55,371 bases of DNA, taken from a virus (lineage: Duplodnaviria > Caudoviricetes). A program made the translations under genes and the position numbers. Below are positions 47,023 through 55,371 of this stretch, piece by piece. The stretch is taken from the IMG/VR virus record IMGVR_UViG_3300025366_000006, positions 1-55,371 of that record; one strand, given 5' to 3'. Under the pieces are notes generated by a model. The model worked only from the letters and a program-made list of their open reading frames with translations. It was not told the origin of the DNA and did no database searches. How positions within the stretch are numbered: position 1 is the first letter of the stretch; each line of letters opens with the position of its first letter.

Positions 47023-50000
47023 TTATAGTATGTCACCAGACTTTCTACGACCACCGACAGATCCTCCAAGTATATTTGAAGATGATGATCCTGCATGGCT
47101 ACCCCTTGGTTTTGACATTGGCAATTTTTGTCTTAATCCAGGTATTCCCTTCATGATTTCCTGTTCTAATGTTTTTGGAGAACGCTTGATTGGCTCTGCC
47201 TCAATCATGTCAATGAAATCCTTTGGTTGTGACTTTGTATCCATCTTTGCGGCTACATCTTGAACTGCTCCAGGTATAAGCATATCACGGAGAGTTTGAC
47301 CAACTTTCTGACCAGCAGTTGTGAATGGGGAGAAGAATCTTGTAGCGGCTTGTGCTGGAGGCATACTTCCTAGTCCAGATACAAACATACTAAAGAAAGC
47401 TGGCTCTGAAAGACTACTCCACTTGCTGTTTGGGTTATTGCGAACAGATTTATCATACATCCTTCGTGCATCAGCAACCATGTTCATATATGTGGCAACA
47501 GGGCCGTGACCTAAAGGACGAGCAATCTTTATTCCCCCAAGTTCCATTTCTCCCTTTTTGAGATCCTTGTTTTCTGGGGCATTAGGGCCAACATTGTTTA
47601 TGATGCCACCAAATTGATTTGAGTGAGTCCAAGCATAAGCACCAATTGCAATACCAAGAGTCCCATATTTGAATGCTCTCATTATTTGCTCTGCCTCTTG
47701 AGTAGTTAAAGCCTCTGCTCCGTTTGCCAGCTTGCCTTCTTTTGCGGCAATTGCTAATCGAGTAGGAAATTCACCAATTAATCCACCAGCTAATCGCATT
47801 TTCCTAATAGCGATATTTGTCGGAACATTCATAACTGGCATGGCAATATCCATTAACGCAGATACAAACTTTCCGAGGCGAGGCGATTGTTTGTTTGCTT
47901 CAAATCCTCGCATAAGACCTCTAATTCCACGGGTGATAAAATTATCTCCCATGAAAATATCCATGTTTGCATCATTAACAGCTTCAGATGCTAGGATTTG
48001 ATAAAGAACTTCATCATTAGTAGGATCTAGCCCCATTTTTTCAGCGGCATCTATGCGTAATTGTAGAGAACGAGAGAAGATACCTTGTCGAACAGGCTCT
48101 TTCATTGCTCCGTGAATATTCTCAACAGCCCTAACAAAAGAAGGAGCATAGTTATTTTTTCCTCCATATAGCCAATCAATATCTGTTTTGCCTTTTAGCA
48201 ACTTATTCCAAATATCTTTTGCTGATGTCGCTATTCCAAAAACTCCCTTGAGTTCTGACTTTGCACTTAATCCACCTTCGTAAACAGCTTTCCTTCTAAT
48301 GGCATCAAGTGTTTTGTTGAAACGGAAAAGTTGAGAAAGAGTAGAAGATACTGGTCGTGTAACAATATTCTCGACAGCGGCTCCAGCCAAATGCTCAAGA
48401 ACCGTAACATGACTCAAAATGTTAAAACGATTCAATGCAGATATTGCATCAAGAACTTTATTAACTGCTGGTCTATTTGCCTTTTCAAAATCAGCCCTAC
48501 GCTTGTCAATGCGATCTTTGATCTTTTGAGCTTCAATGCGGAGTCTTTTGGTTTCCTCTGATGGCTCAATAGGAGCTTTCTTTACAGGCTTGCTAAAATC
48601 ACCTTTCTTTTGGCGTTCTTCTTCCTGTTTTAATTGCTCAAGCCTATTTCTAGCCCTTGTTTCTTGACCTTTGCGAATCCTTTCTTCTGGAGATGCGGCT
48701 TTGGAAACACGCTTATTTACTGATTTAGAACCCTTGGATTCTTTATCAATCTGTTTCTCATTAAACTCTTTGGATTTCTTAAATATATCATCTAAATAAG
48801 GACGAATCTTTTCTCCAAATTCACCAATCATTTTTGAAGACCAATCAGCAAATCTTGTTGTTCCTTCAAGAAGATGATCAGCACCGATAATTGCATAATC
48901 AGCAATATCAGTTGGATCTACTCCAGTAAAAAGCCTTCCCTCTGCTCTCCTTTGTCTAATTCTCTCCCTTGCGGCATCAGCGGCACTAGAAACATTTTTT
49001 CTAACACGATCAACTATGCTTTGAATATAAGGATCAACTTGAGGAGCATTCTTAATTTCTTGTTCTGCTTTTTTCTGCTCTTGTTTGTTTGCCTCTTTTT
49101 CTTGTGTCTCTGCTATCTCTTTATCAATTTCAGTAAGACGCTTTGTTTCTTCAGCAAGTTTTGTTTTCTCATTTGAAGTAAGGGGCTTTCTCTTTGCGGC
49201 AGTAGCAAGCCTTTCTTGAGTAGCAAATGTGTAATCTTGGTGAAGCAATGCTTGCCTCCAGCGGCCTTCTCTTCCCCACTCACTTCCTCTGTCTTTGATT
49301 GCTTGAAGAAGATCATGGTAAGCCTTGCTTGCATTATCATAAGCAAGACCCTTTTCAAATCTCTGTTCTGGACTTCCTTCTGTAAGCCCTTCTGCCATTT
49401 TGTTAAGGCTATTAAATAAATCAGTCTTATGCTTCAAAAGCAAAGCCGATTCATCTCCTGTTAATGACCTTCTAGGATCTGCAATAAGAGATTCTGCCAA
49501 TCTTTGCCCTGCCATTGGATCTTCTGCACTTGTGGCTTTAGCACGATCCATTGCGGCATTCATCTCTTGCTCGTCTTGTTGAGTAAGTTCTGGAAGACCA
49601 AGAGCTTTTGTTTCTGCATCTGCATTTTCATTCTTCAGAGAAATTTTCTCTCCAGATGGTTCGGCGGCAATACCAGCATAAGGTGCAGGAGGCTTTGGCG
49701 TTCCTGTAGCACTAGCATAAAGATCAGATGCCTCACGGGAGGTAATGCCAGGGAACTTCCTAGACAGGATGTTCTGCATCTCCTCTTCTGTAATAGGAGT
49801 ACCACGACCCTTTAGGAGAGCATCAGCGGCTTTCTTTGCAAATGATTCTCTATCAGTAGGAGCTTTAGGGCCGTATTTAGCTTCAGCTTCACGCTGTGCC
49901 TGTTCACGGGAACGACCGCCTGTATCAGATCCACCGCCAATATCTTTGTTCCAGTTGTCCCGAACGCCAGCCCAGATGTCTTTGAGGAAGTCACGAACAC

Positions 50001-53000
50001 CTTCTCCAAGTCTGGAGATCATTTTGTTAGACCAATCCTTAAAAGAAGTTGCTCCTTTCCTTATGGAATCTCCAACCTTGATTGCGGCATCATAAATAAT
50101 GCGAGGAAGCTCGGTATATGCACCTTCTCCACGATTACGCCTACGCAAGTATTCAAAATGATCTCGCAATACTTGTGCTTCAATTTCGGCTAGTTTATCT
50201 GGATTGTCTTTAGCGGCCTCTATTTCTTTTTGAGCATCTTCTAGCTTTTTAAGTTCAGAATCTTGTTGAGCTTCTTCTTTTTCAGCCCGTAGCGTTGTGT
50301 CAGATTGGCTTTTAATGTAATCCCAAAGTTGATCGGGAGTTTGTATATCAAGAGCTTTCCCATCCATATGAAGCCCTAGAATGGCATCATTGGGGGTTTG
50401 ACCTTCTCCATATTTTCCATAGAGGCTATCAGAGTGTCTTTTGGGTAAAGTTGGTACTGATCCATATTCTCCTTCGCCTGGAGTTTCTCCCCTCCTTCTA
50501 AGTGCTTTCTGCCAATAGAATTTGCTCTGAAGTTTATTTGCTTGAAGGTATTCAATAATGTCATCTCCAGCACCAAATGGTCGAGCTTTCTCTTTTGGGC
50601 CTTTCTTTGGCTTTGGCTTGCCATAGGCATCAGCTTCACGATTTACCTCATTAATCAGCTTTTCAACTTCTGGATCAATATCAGCACCAACATCCATAGC
50701 CTCATGGAACCTATCTATGGCATCCTTTAAAGCTTGGTTGCGTTGCTTCCTAGCTACCTTAAAAAGCTCGGAAACAAGTTCCTGTGGAGTACTGATAGAA
50801 TCTTCTTCCCCGCTTTCATATCGACGCAATACTTCTGTATAGGGATTAGTTTTTGGAGCTTTAGGCTTTGGAGCTTTTGGCTTGCCAGCTTCAGCATCAA
50901 TCTTATCAAGCAGCACTTTCTCTGCTTGTTGTTCTTCAGTAAGAACTACTTCTGCTGGTTGTGTTGGTTCAACTTTCTTTTCAGAAACAGGAGATTCAAT
51001 TTTGGTTGATTCTTTCTCTTGCAACCAATCAAGAAATTCACGCACAGGAATACGTTCTGGCTTCATTGTTGATCTAGGATCAACAATGCCCAAAATGTAT
51101 TTACCATCTGGGCTTAATTCAGCCTCGTTCCACTCATTAAGAAGATCATTTACTGCATCTCTTCCCCTTGTTTTAACAAGATTCGGAAGGGTTTCTTTTG
51201 GTTTTGTTGCAGATGTCTTTGGCTTTTTAAGCCACGCCTCTGGCAATGAATCAGTTTTTCCATCAGGGAATCTTATGGTTACATCCCTAGATAAAGGATC
51301 TTTGCTTCTTGAGACAATCTCTACTTGAGTTCCTTTTGGGTAGCCTCTGTAATCACGATTTGTATTCCTAGTGTTTTCTGTAATAGGCGTTACTTCTTCT
51401 TGCGGCTTTTCCCCGCCTTTGACAGGGCGATTGCCACCGCCTGTTTCTGCGGTTTGCCGTGTTTCATCTCCGTTCGGATGTTCTGGCTGATTACCTTCTT
51501 CGACTTTCCTTGTTTTAGGGGCATTTGGTTGTGTAGGTTGTGCTGGTTCTTCAGCGGGTTTCTTTTCAATTATGTCAGAATGCTTTGCAGGAACATATAT
51601 TTGATCCTGCATTTTTGTCTCCATAACTAAATCATCATATGGAATACCATAAAGTTTTTTAGAAACTTTGTTTTGTGCATTTTCTAATTCATCTCCATTT
51701 AAGAATCTTCCACTAGTTTTACCCTCTGGGAACTCTGGATTCCATATTTTCCTAACCTCATCATCAACTTTTGATAAAACATCGGTAGGATATTTATCAA
51801 AAAATCCATGAATAACAATTGCATCATTATTGTTTTTATTAAGTTGATCCTTTAACCAAGAATCAAACATATGAGGTCTTGTTTCTCCAGTTTCTTGCTT
51901 CCATTTATTAACAAACTCTCCAACATTATCTGGAGTTATAATAAGTGGATTCTTTGGAGTAATATTTACTTCATTTCTATTTGCTCCAAGTTTAAGAAAA
52001 TCCATTGATTGCCATATGTTCTCATGGCTTGGTTGCATTGCATAAAAACCAGATCCATAGACATTATCTGCATATTCAGATCCCATGTAATCTTTTGAAA
52101 GATTCATTGGTTCTTTAGAAAAGTGAATTGCAGAAATAGTTTCTCCAGCTTTTGGAGTTGGTGCTTCAGCTACAGGAGCTTCAGCGGGTTTGGTTTCTTC
52201 TGATATTACAAGTTCTCTTTGCTTATTTAGATCAGCTTGTTGTAAACGAATTTGATCAATTCTGTTCTGAATTTGCCTCCTACCAATACTCCCTTCTGGG
52301 TATTTTGGAAGTTCTTCTATAACAAGCCTATTTTGCTCATTCGTAAGGTCTTGAAGTTTTTGGTTTAAATCAGAAACAGGCACAGGAGCTTCAGCGGGTT
52401 TATTTAATGCATCAATCTGTTTCTGGATAGCCGTATGTTCTGGCGATCCTTCCTCATGGAAAAGCTGTTCCGTAAGGAGGCTAGTCAAATCTTTGGCAGG
52501 GGCGGCAGTAGAAACAGGAGCAGTCTCTACAGGCTTTGGAGCTTCGGGAATAGGAGCTTGGGCATCAGCGGCGGCATTGATAGCCGCCTCACGCTGATTG
52601 ACTACAGGATTGGCAGAAGGAGCCAACTCTGGTGCTTTTGGCTCATACTTTCCTCCAAGGCCAGCAAAATATGCGGCAGTTTCAGCAACACTACCTGGCG
52701 TTATAGGTTGAGGCTTTTCTTCTGTTGCTCCAAGTTTTTGAGCCGCAACATCTACTCCATAACGAATTGGCTCTCCAGCAACCGCACCAATTCCAGCTTG
52801 AGTTGCCGCTTGACCAAGAGCAGGGCCAAGACCCTCTGCTAAATACTTTGTTCCATACCCAAGGGCAGATTCAGCGGCTAATGGAAGTTGAGGAACATTT
52901 TGACCTATGAAAGCAGTCTTTGGATATGCTTGCTGTGATGCTTGAACTTCTGGCTCAAAACCAAACTTCTTTTCAATTGCCTTTGCTCCAAGTTGACCCG

Positions 53001-53814
53001 CTTTCATTCCAGCAAAGAATGCAGGAACACCAGCAACAAGTCCTATTGGCCCTGTTGTTGGAACTCCAATAGCTTCAGTTATTGCTCCAGCACCAAGTCC
53101 TCCAAGCAATCCCATTGTTCCTTCAAATGCTCCAGATAGAGCAGAAGTAAGCTGGCTAGGTTGAGGAGGTTCTTCTGTGGGAATAGGAGAAGTCAAATAA
53201 GCCGAATCAGAAGCGTTTGTTATAGGAGCAATTGGTGTAGAAGAAGGCTTTGCTTGAGGTTGCTGTGCAGGAATCAGATCAGCAAATGGATCGGCAGATT
53301 GTTGTTGAGACGGAGCATTAGCCGCTTGCTGTTGTGGTATCAAATCAGCAAATGGATCTTGCTCTTGATTCTTGCCAAGGCTTGTATATGCACCCTCACC
53401 TTCTGGGACTTTACCAAAATTCTTTAGCAACTCTCCAACTCCTGTAGCGGTTTTAGGGATTTGATTAGCTGGAATTTGACCAATAGGAACAAGATTCCTA
53501 GTTCCAGATTGCCCCGTGTATTGAGAAGGAGGGGTATAAATATCAATTACATTAGGGTTTTTATTCCCATGCTTGTCTCCAGCAATATAAACTTCGTTTG
53601 TATCAGCGTCCCTAAAGATAGTTCCAATAGGATGAACGCTAGGATTTACGGCTACTATGCCAGGGCCAAGTTCATTTTCTGAAGATCCAACGCCCCTAGC
53701 TGTTCCTGCATCATACATTTCATCAGCACCCCCTGCTGATTTTGGAATGCTGTATGTAGTTACAGGCGTACCCGCCTCGCCTTGAGGAATAAGGTCGGCA
53801 AACGGATCAGCCAT
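47023..53814 (-). CDS. Giant internal virion/polyvalent protein, allele B (3D-like domain, hydrophobic segment, ART-like domain, SH3-like domain, long helical C-terminus)
   Basis: 2263 aa at the end of the ejection operon; DPFADLIP x3; VAVNP..PIGT..AGD..IDIY; H..YGSGFY..KNPL..DAIVI. Confidence 0.8.
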   Translation of the reverse strand: MADPFADLIPQGEAGTPVTTYSIPKSAGGADEMYDAGTARGVGSSENELGPGIVAVNPSVHPIGTIFRDADTNEVYIAGDKHGNKNPNVIDIYTPPSQYTGQSGTRNLVPIGQIPANQIPKTATGVGELLKNFGKVPEGEGAYTSLGKNQEQDPFADLIPQQQAANAPSQQQSADPFADLIPAQQPQAKPSSTPIAPITNASDSAYLTSPIPTEEPPQPSQLTSALSGAFEGTMGLLGGLGAGAITEAIGVPTTGPIGLVAGVPAFFAGMKAGQLGAKAIEKKFGFEPEVQASQQAYPKTAFIGQNVPQLPLAAESALGYGTKYLAEGLGPALGQAATQAGIGAVAGEPIRYGVDVAAQKLGATEEKPQPITPGSVAETAAYFAGLGGKYEPKAPELAPSANPVVNQREAAINAAADAQAPIPEAPKPVETAPVSTAAPAKDLTSLLTEQLFHEEGSPEHTAIQKQIDALNKPAEAPVPVSDLNQKLQDLTNEQNRLVIEELPKYPEGSIGRRQIQNRIDQIRLQQADLNKQRELVISEETKPAEAPVAEAPTPKAGETISAIHFSKEPMNLSKDYMGSEYADNVYGSGFYAMQPSHENIWQSMDFLKLGANRNEVNITPKNPLIITPDNVGEFVNKWKQETGETRPHMFDSWLKDQLNKNNNDAIVIHGFFDKYPTDVLSKVDDEVRKIWNPEFPEGKTSGRFLNGDELENAQNKVSKKLYGIPYDDLVMETKMQDQIYVPAKHSDIIEKKPAEEPAQPTQPNAPKTRKVEEGNQPEHPNGDETRQTAETGGGNRPVKGGEKPQEEVTPITENTRNTNRDYRGYPKGTQVEIVSRSKDPLSRDVTIRFPDGKTDSLPEAWLKKPKTSATKPKETLPNLVKTRGRDAVNDLLNEWNEAELSPDGKYILGIVDPRSTMKPERIPVREFLDWLQEKESTKIESPVSEKKVEPTQPAEVVLTEEQQAEKVLLDKIDAEAGKPKAPKPKAPKTNPYTEVLRRYESGEEDSISTPQELVSELFKVARKQRNQALKDAIDRFHEAMDVGADIDPEVEKLINEVNREADAYGKPKPKKGPKEKARPFGAGDDIIEYLQANKLQSKFYWQKALRRRGETPGEGEYGSVPTLPKRHSDSLYGKYGEGQTPNDAILGLHMDGKALDIQTPDQLWDYIKSQSDTTLRAEKEEAQQDSELKKLEDAQKEIEAAKDNPDKLAEIEAQVLRDHFEYLRRRNRGEGAYTELPRIIYDAAIKVGDSIRKGATSFKDWSNKMISRLGEGVRDFLKDIWAGVRDNWNKDIGGGSDTGGRSREQAQREAEAKYGPKAPTDRESFAKKAADALLKGRGTPITEEEMQNILSRKFPGITSREASDLYASATGTPKPPAPYAGIAAEPSGEKISLKNENADAETKALGLPELTQQDEQEMNAAMDRAKATSAEDPMAGQRLAESLIADPRRSLTGDESALLLKHKTDLFNSLNKMAEGLTEGSPEQRFEKGLAYDNASKAYHDLLQAIKDRGSEWGREGRWRQALLHQDYTFATQERLATAAKRKPLTSNEKTKLAEETKRLTEIDKEIAETQEKEANKQEQKKAEQEIKNAPQVDPYIQSIVDRVRKNVSSAADAARERIRQRRAEGRLFTGVDPTDIADYAIIGADHLLEGTTRFADWSSKMIGEFGEKIRPYLDDIFKKSKEFNEKQIDKESKGSKSVNKRVSKAASPEERIRKGQETRARNRLEQLKQEEERQKKGDFSKPVKKAPIEPSEETKRLRIEAQKIKDRIDKRRADFEKANRPAVNKVLDAISALNRFNILSHVTVLEHLAGAAVENIVTRPVSSTLSQLFRFNKTLDAIRRKAVYEGGLSAKSELKGVFGIATSAKDIWNKLLKGKTDIDWLYGGKNNYAPSFVRAVENIHGAMKEPVRQGIFSRSLQLRIDAAEKMGLDPTNDEVLYQILASEAVNDANMDIFMGDNFITRGIRGLMRGFEANKQSPRLGKFVSALMDIAMPVMNVPTNIAIRKMRLAGGLIGEFPTRLAIAAKEGKLANGAEALTTQEAEQIMRAFKYGTLGIAIGAYAWTHSNQFGGIINNVGPNAPENKDLKKGEMELGGIKIARPLGHGPVATYMNMVADARRMYDKSVRNNPNSKWSSLSEPAFFSMFVSGLGSMPPAQAATRFFSPFTTAGQKVGQTLRDMLIPGAVQDVAAKMDTKSQPKDFIDMIEAEPIKRSPKTLEQEIMKGIPGLRQKLPMSKPRGSHAGSSSSNILGGSVGGRRKSGDIL

Positions 53815-53817
53815 ACC

Positions 53818-54891
53818 TTAAACTGCTGAAGATTCCTCTTCTGTTTCTGATGTGGGTTCTTGCTCTTCTGGCTGTTGACCCATTCCGCTGGCGGCAGGAA
53901 TCATTGAGGTAGGTTGTCCAGCGGGAATAGCAGACCCTTGAGATGCTCCTTGAGGATTTAATGCACTTGCATCAATTCCATGATCTTTAAGCCTTTTCAT
54001 AACAGCGGCAGGGTCAGCACCTTTTTGAATCGCATTTCTTGCGGAGTTTAGAAGGGCATCTTGATTGCCAGCAGATGCTTTAGCCGCACCAATTGTGCTT
54101 GGAGCAATAGTTTGGAATCTACTTTGCATCGTTTTGAAATCTTCACCAAGAGGATGTTGGTTTATGTTGCCAATAAATGGCAATGACATTCCACCAGTTT
54201 TAGCATTTGGATCTTGCTGTACTTTTTGTTGCAAATCTTGAGTCTTAACTCCAAGTTGGGAAATAGTATTCTCAAAGTTTGGGTCACTAAATTGGATGCC
54301 TTGGCTCGCAAGATCACCTTTATAGGCATTGTATCGAGCAATTGCATTAGCAACTGAACTTGCTTTTTTCTCATCTCCAGATGGATCAAGAAAATCTTCC
54401 ACATTATCTTTAACGCCATCCCAAAGAGTATTGGCTCCAGCACGATATTTGGCTATTAGATTTGCCCTTTCATTTGCTGTAATTGGCTTTTGCTGTATTC
54501 CAGCACCATATCGCAGATTTGCTCTTTGCATTGCTCCCTGTTGAGCGGCAAGAGTTCTCAATCCATGTTGTGTTTGGATATTAGCGGCATTAGCAAGATT
54601 GATTGCATGGCTTGCCATAGGTGCAAGAAGAGGGTTTTGAGATGCAGTCAAAGCCGCTCCATAGACATCTCCAATCCCATTGGGATCTCCACTAGCGATT
54701 TTTTGCATACCTTGTTGGTATTGGCTCTGCAACATAGGCAACATCGCTTGTGCAGATTGAGTAGCGGCATGAGTCTCAATAGCTCCAGCAATCTGCTGAC
54801 CAAGGCCAGCCATAGAATTGATAACCTGTTGATTGCCCTGCTGGATCGTAGAAAAGTTGGCGTATCCGATTGGCATAGTTTTATTGTCCAA
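53818..54891 (-). CDS. Putative DNA ejection/internal virion protein, allele B
   Basis: Same N-terminus as 874..1917, different C-terminal half with ARNAIQKGADPAAVMKRLKDHGID. Confidence 0.7.
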   Translation of the reverse strand: MDNKTMPIGYANFSTIQQGNQQVINSMAGLGQQIAGAIETHAATQSAQAMLPMLQSQYQQGMQKIASGDPNGIGDVYGAALTASQNPLLAPMASHAINLANAANIQTQHGLRTLAAQQGAMQRANLRYGAGIQQKPITANERANLIAKYRAGANTLWDGVKDNVEDFLDPSGDEKKASSVANAIARYNAYKGDLASQGIQFSDPNFENTISQLGVKTQDLQQKVQQDPNAKTGGMSLPFIGNINQHPLGEDFKTMQSRFQTIAPSTIGAAKASAGNQDALLNSARNAIQKGADPAAVMKRLKDHGIDASALNPQGASQGSAIPAGQPTSMIPAASGMGQQPEEQEPTSETEEESSAV

Positions 54892-55371
54892 ATGCAGGAA
54901 CCATTACATTTGTTCCTTGTTGGTAAAATCCACCGCCAGGTTGGTTATATGCTCCATATCCTGTTGCGGCAGGAAGCCCTCCCATAGTATTTTGATAGCC
55001 TTGTGCAGAAGGAGAAAGGTTTTGTAAATAACTAGCCTTGTTCAAAGCACTTGCTCCCTGTAATCCCAATTGACCCAACTCTAATCCAAGCTGTTGCTGT
55101 TGCTGATTTTGCAATTGATTGGCTTGGTATTGGTTAAATCCACTTTGGTACTGGCTCTCTGCCAATTGATTGCCCAATCCAGCGGCAGATGCCGCAAGTT
55201 GATTTCCTAGTCCAGTAGCTTGCAATGTCCCTTGCATTCCAGCTTGGAATCCAACAGTAGGAGAAACTACCATTTGATTGGCTAGTTGTTGCCATGTAGG
55301 GGCGGCACTCAATCCGTATTGAGAAAGACCAAGGCTTGTCTGTCCAAGGTTACGAGCAAAGTTCTGTGGAG
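54881..55371 (-). CDS. Pilot/ejection protein, C-terminal part (second copy of 1907..2911, truncated by window)
   Basis: Near-identical to the last ~160 codons of 1907..2911. Confidence 0.85.
   Translation of the reverse strand, partial: PQNFARNLGQTSLGLSQYGLSAAPTWQQLANQMVVSPTVGFQAGMQGTLQATGLGNQLAASAAGLGNQLAESQYQSGFNQYQANQLQNQQQQQLGLELGQLGLQGASALNKASYLQNLSPSAQGYQNTMGGLPAATGYGAYNQPGGGFYQQGTNVMVPAFGQ

Larger units (their letters stand above)
52704..55371. repeat. Right copy of imperfect terminal overlap (allele B)
   Basis: Counterpart of 1-2397, 271 bp longer. Confidence 0.95.

Noticed and set aside
1-55371. Stop-codon reassignment linked to the tRNA-Gln
   Set aside because: The anticodon is TTG, not a suppressor, and long genes are intact in the standard code.

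Overview
The window is an apparently complete tailed-phage genome of about 52.7-53.0 kb with a short-tailed (podovirus-like) gene set. The two ends overlap imperfectly: 1-2397 corresponds to 52704-55371, and the two copies carry different alleles of the ejection-protein region. The minus strand carries portal, scaffold, major capsid, decoration proteins, a lysis cassette with a GH108 endolysin, three tail fibres/spikes, nozzle, adaptor, ejection proteins, a 2263-aa polyvalent protein and a glycosyltransferase. The plus strand carries the large terminase, an amidinotransferase/MazG-like/metallophosphoesterase cluster, tRNA-Gln, early genes, an ERF/DUF2800/SSB recombination module and a C5 methyltransferase-like gene. 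There are three HNH endonucleases. I recognised no integrase, DNA polymerase, primase or helicase. The main finding is an allelic cassette spanning two ejection genes, in which the C-terminal mini-domain of the upstream protein and a thrice-repeated N-terminal peptide of the giant protein (xxxALAFL versus DPFADLIP) are swapped together, suggesting cognate docking pairs. Other findings include several candidate structured ncRNAs, repeat-bounded domain modules, an anti-TRAP-like gene and strong GCWGC avoidance. All family calls are motif recognition by eye, not database searches. A PVC-group (Verrucomicrobia-like) host is only a guess.
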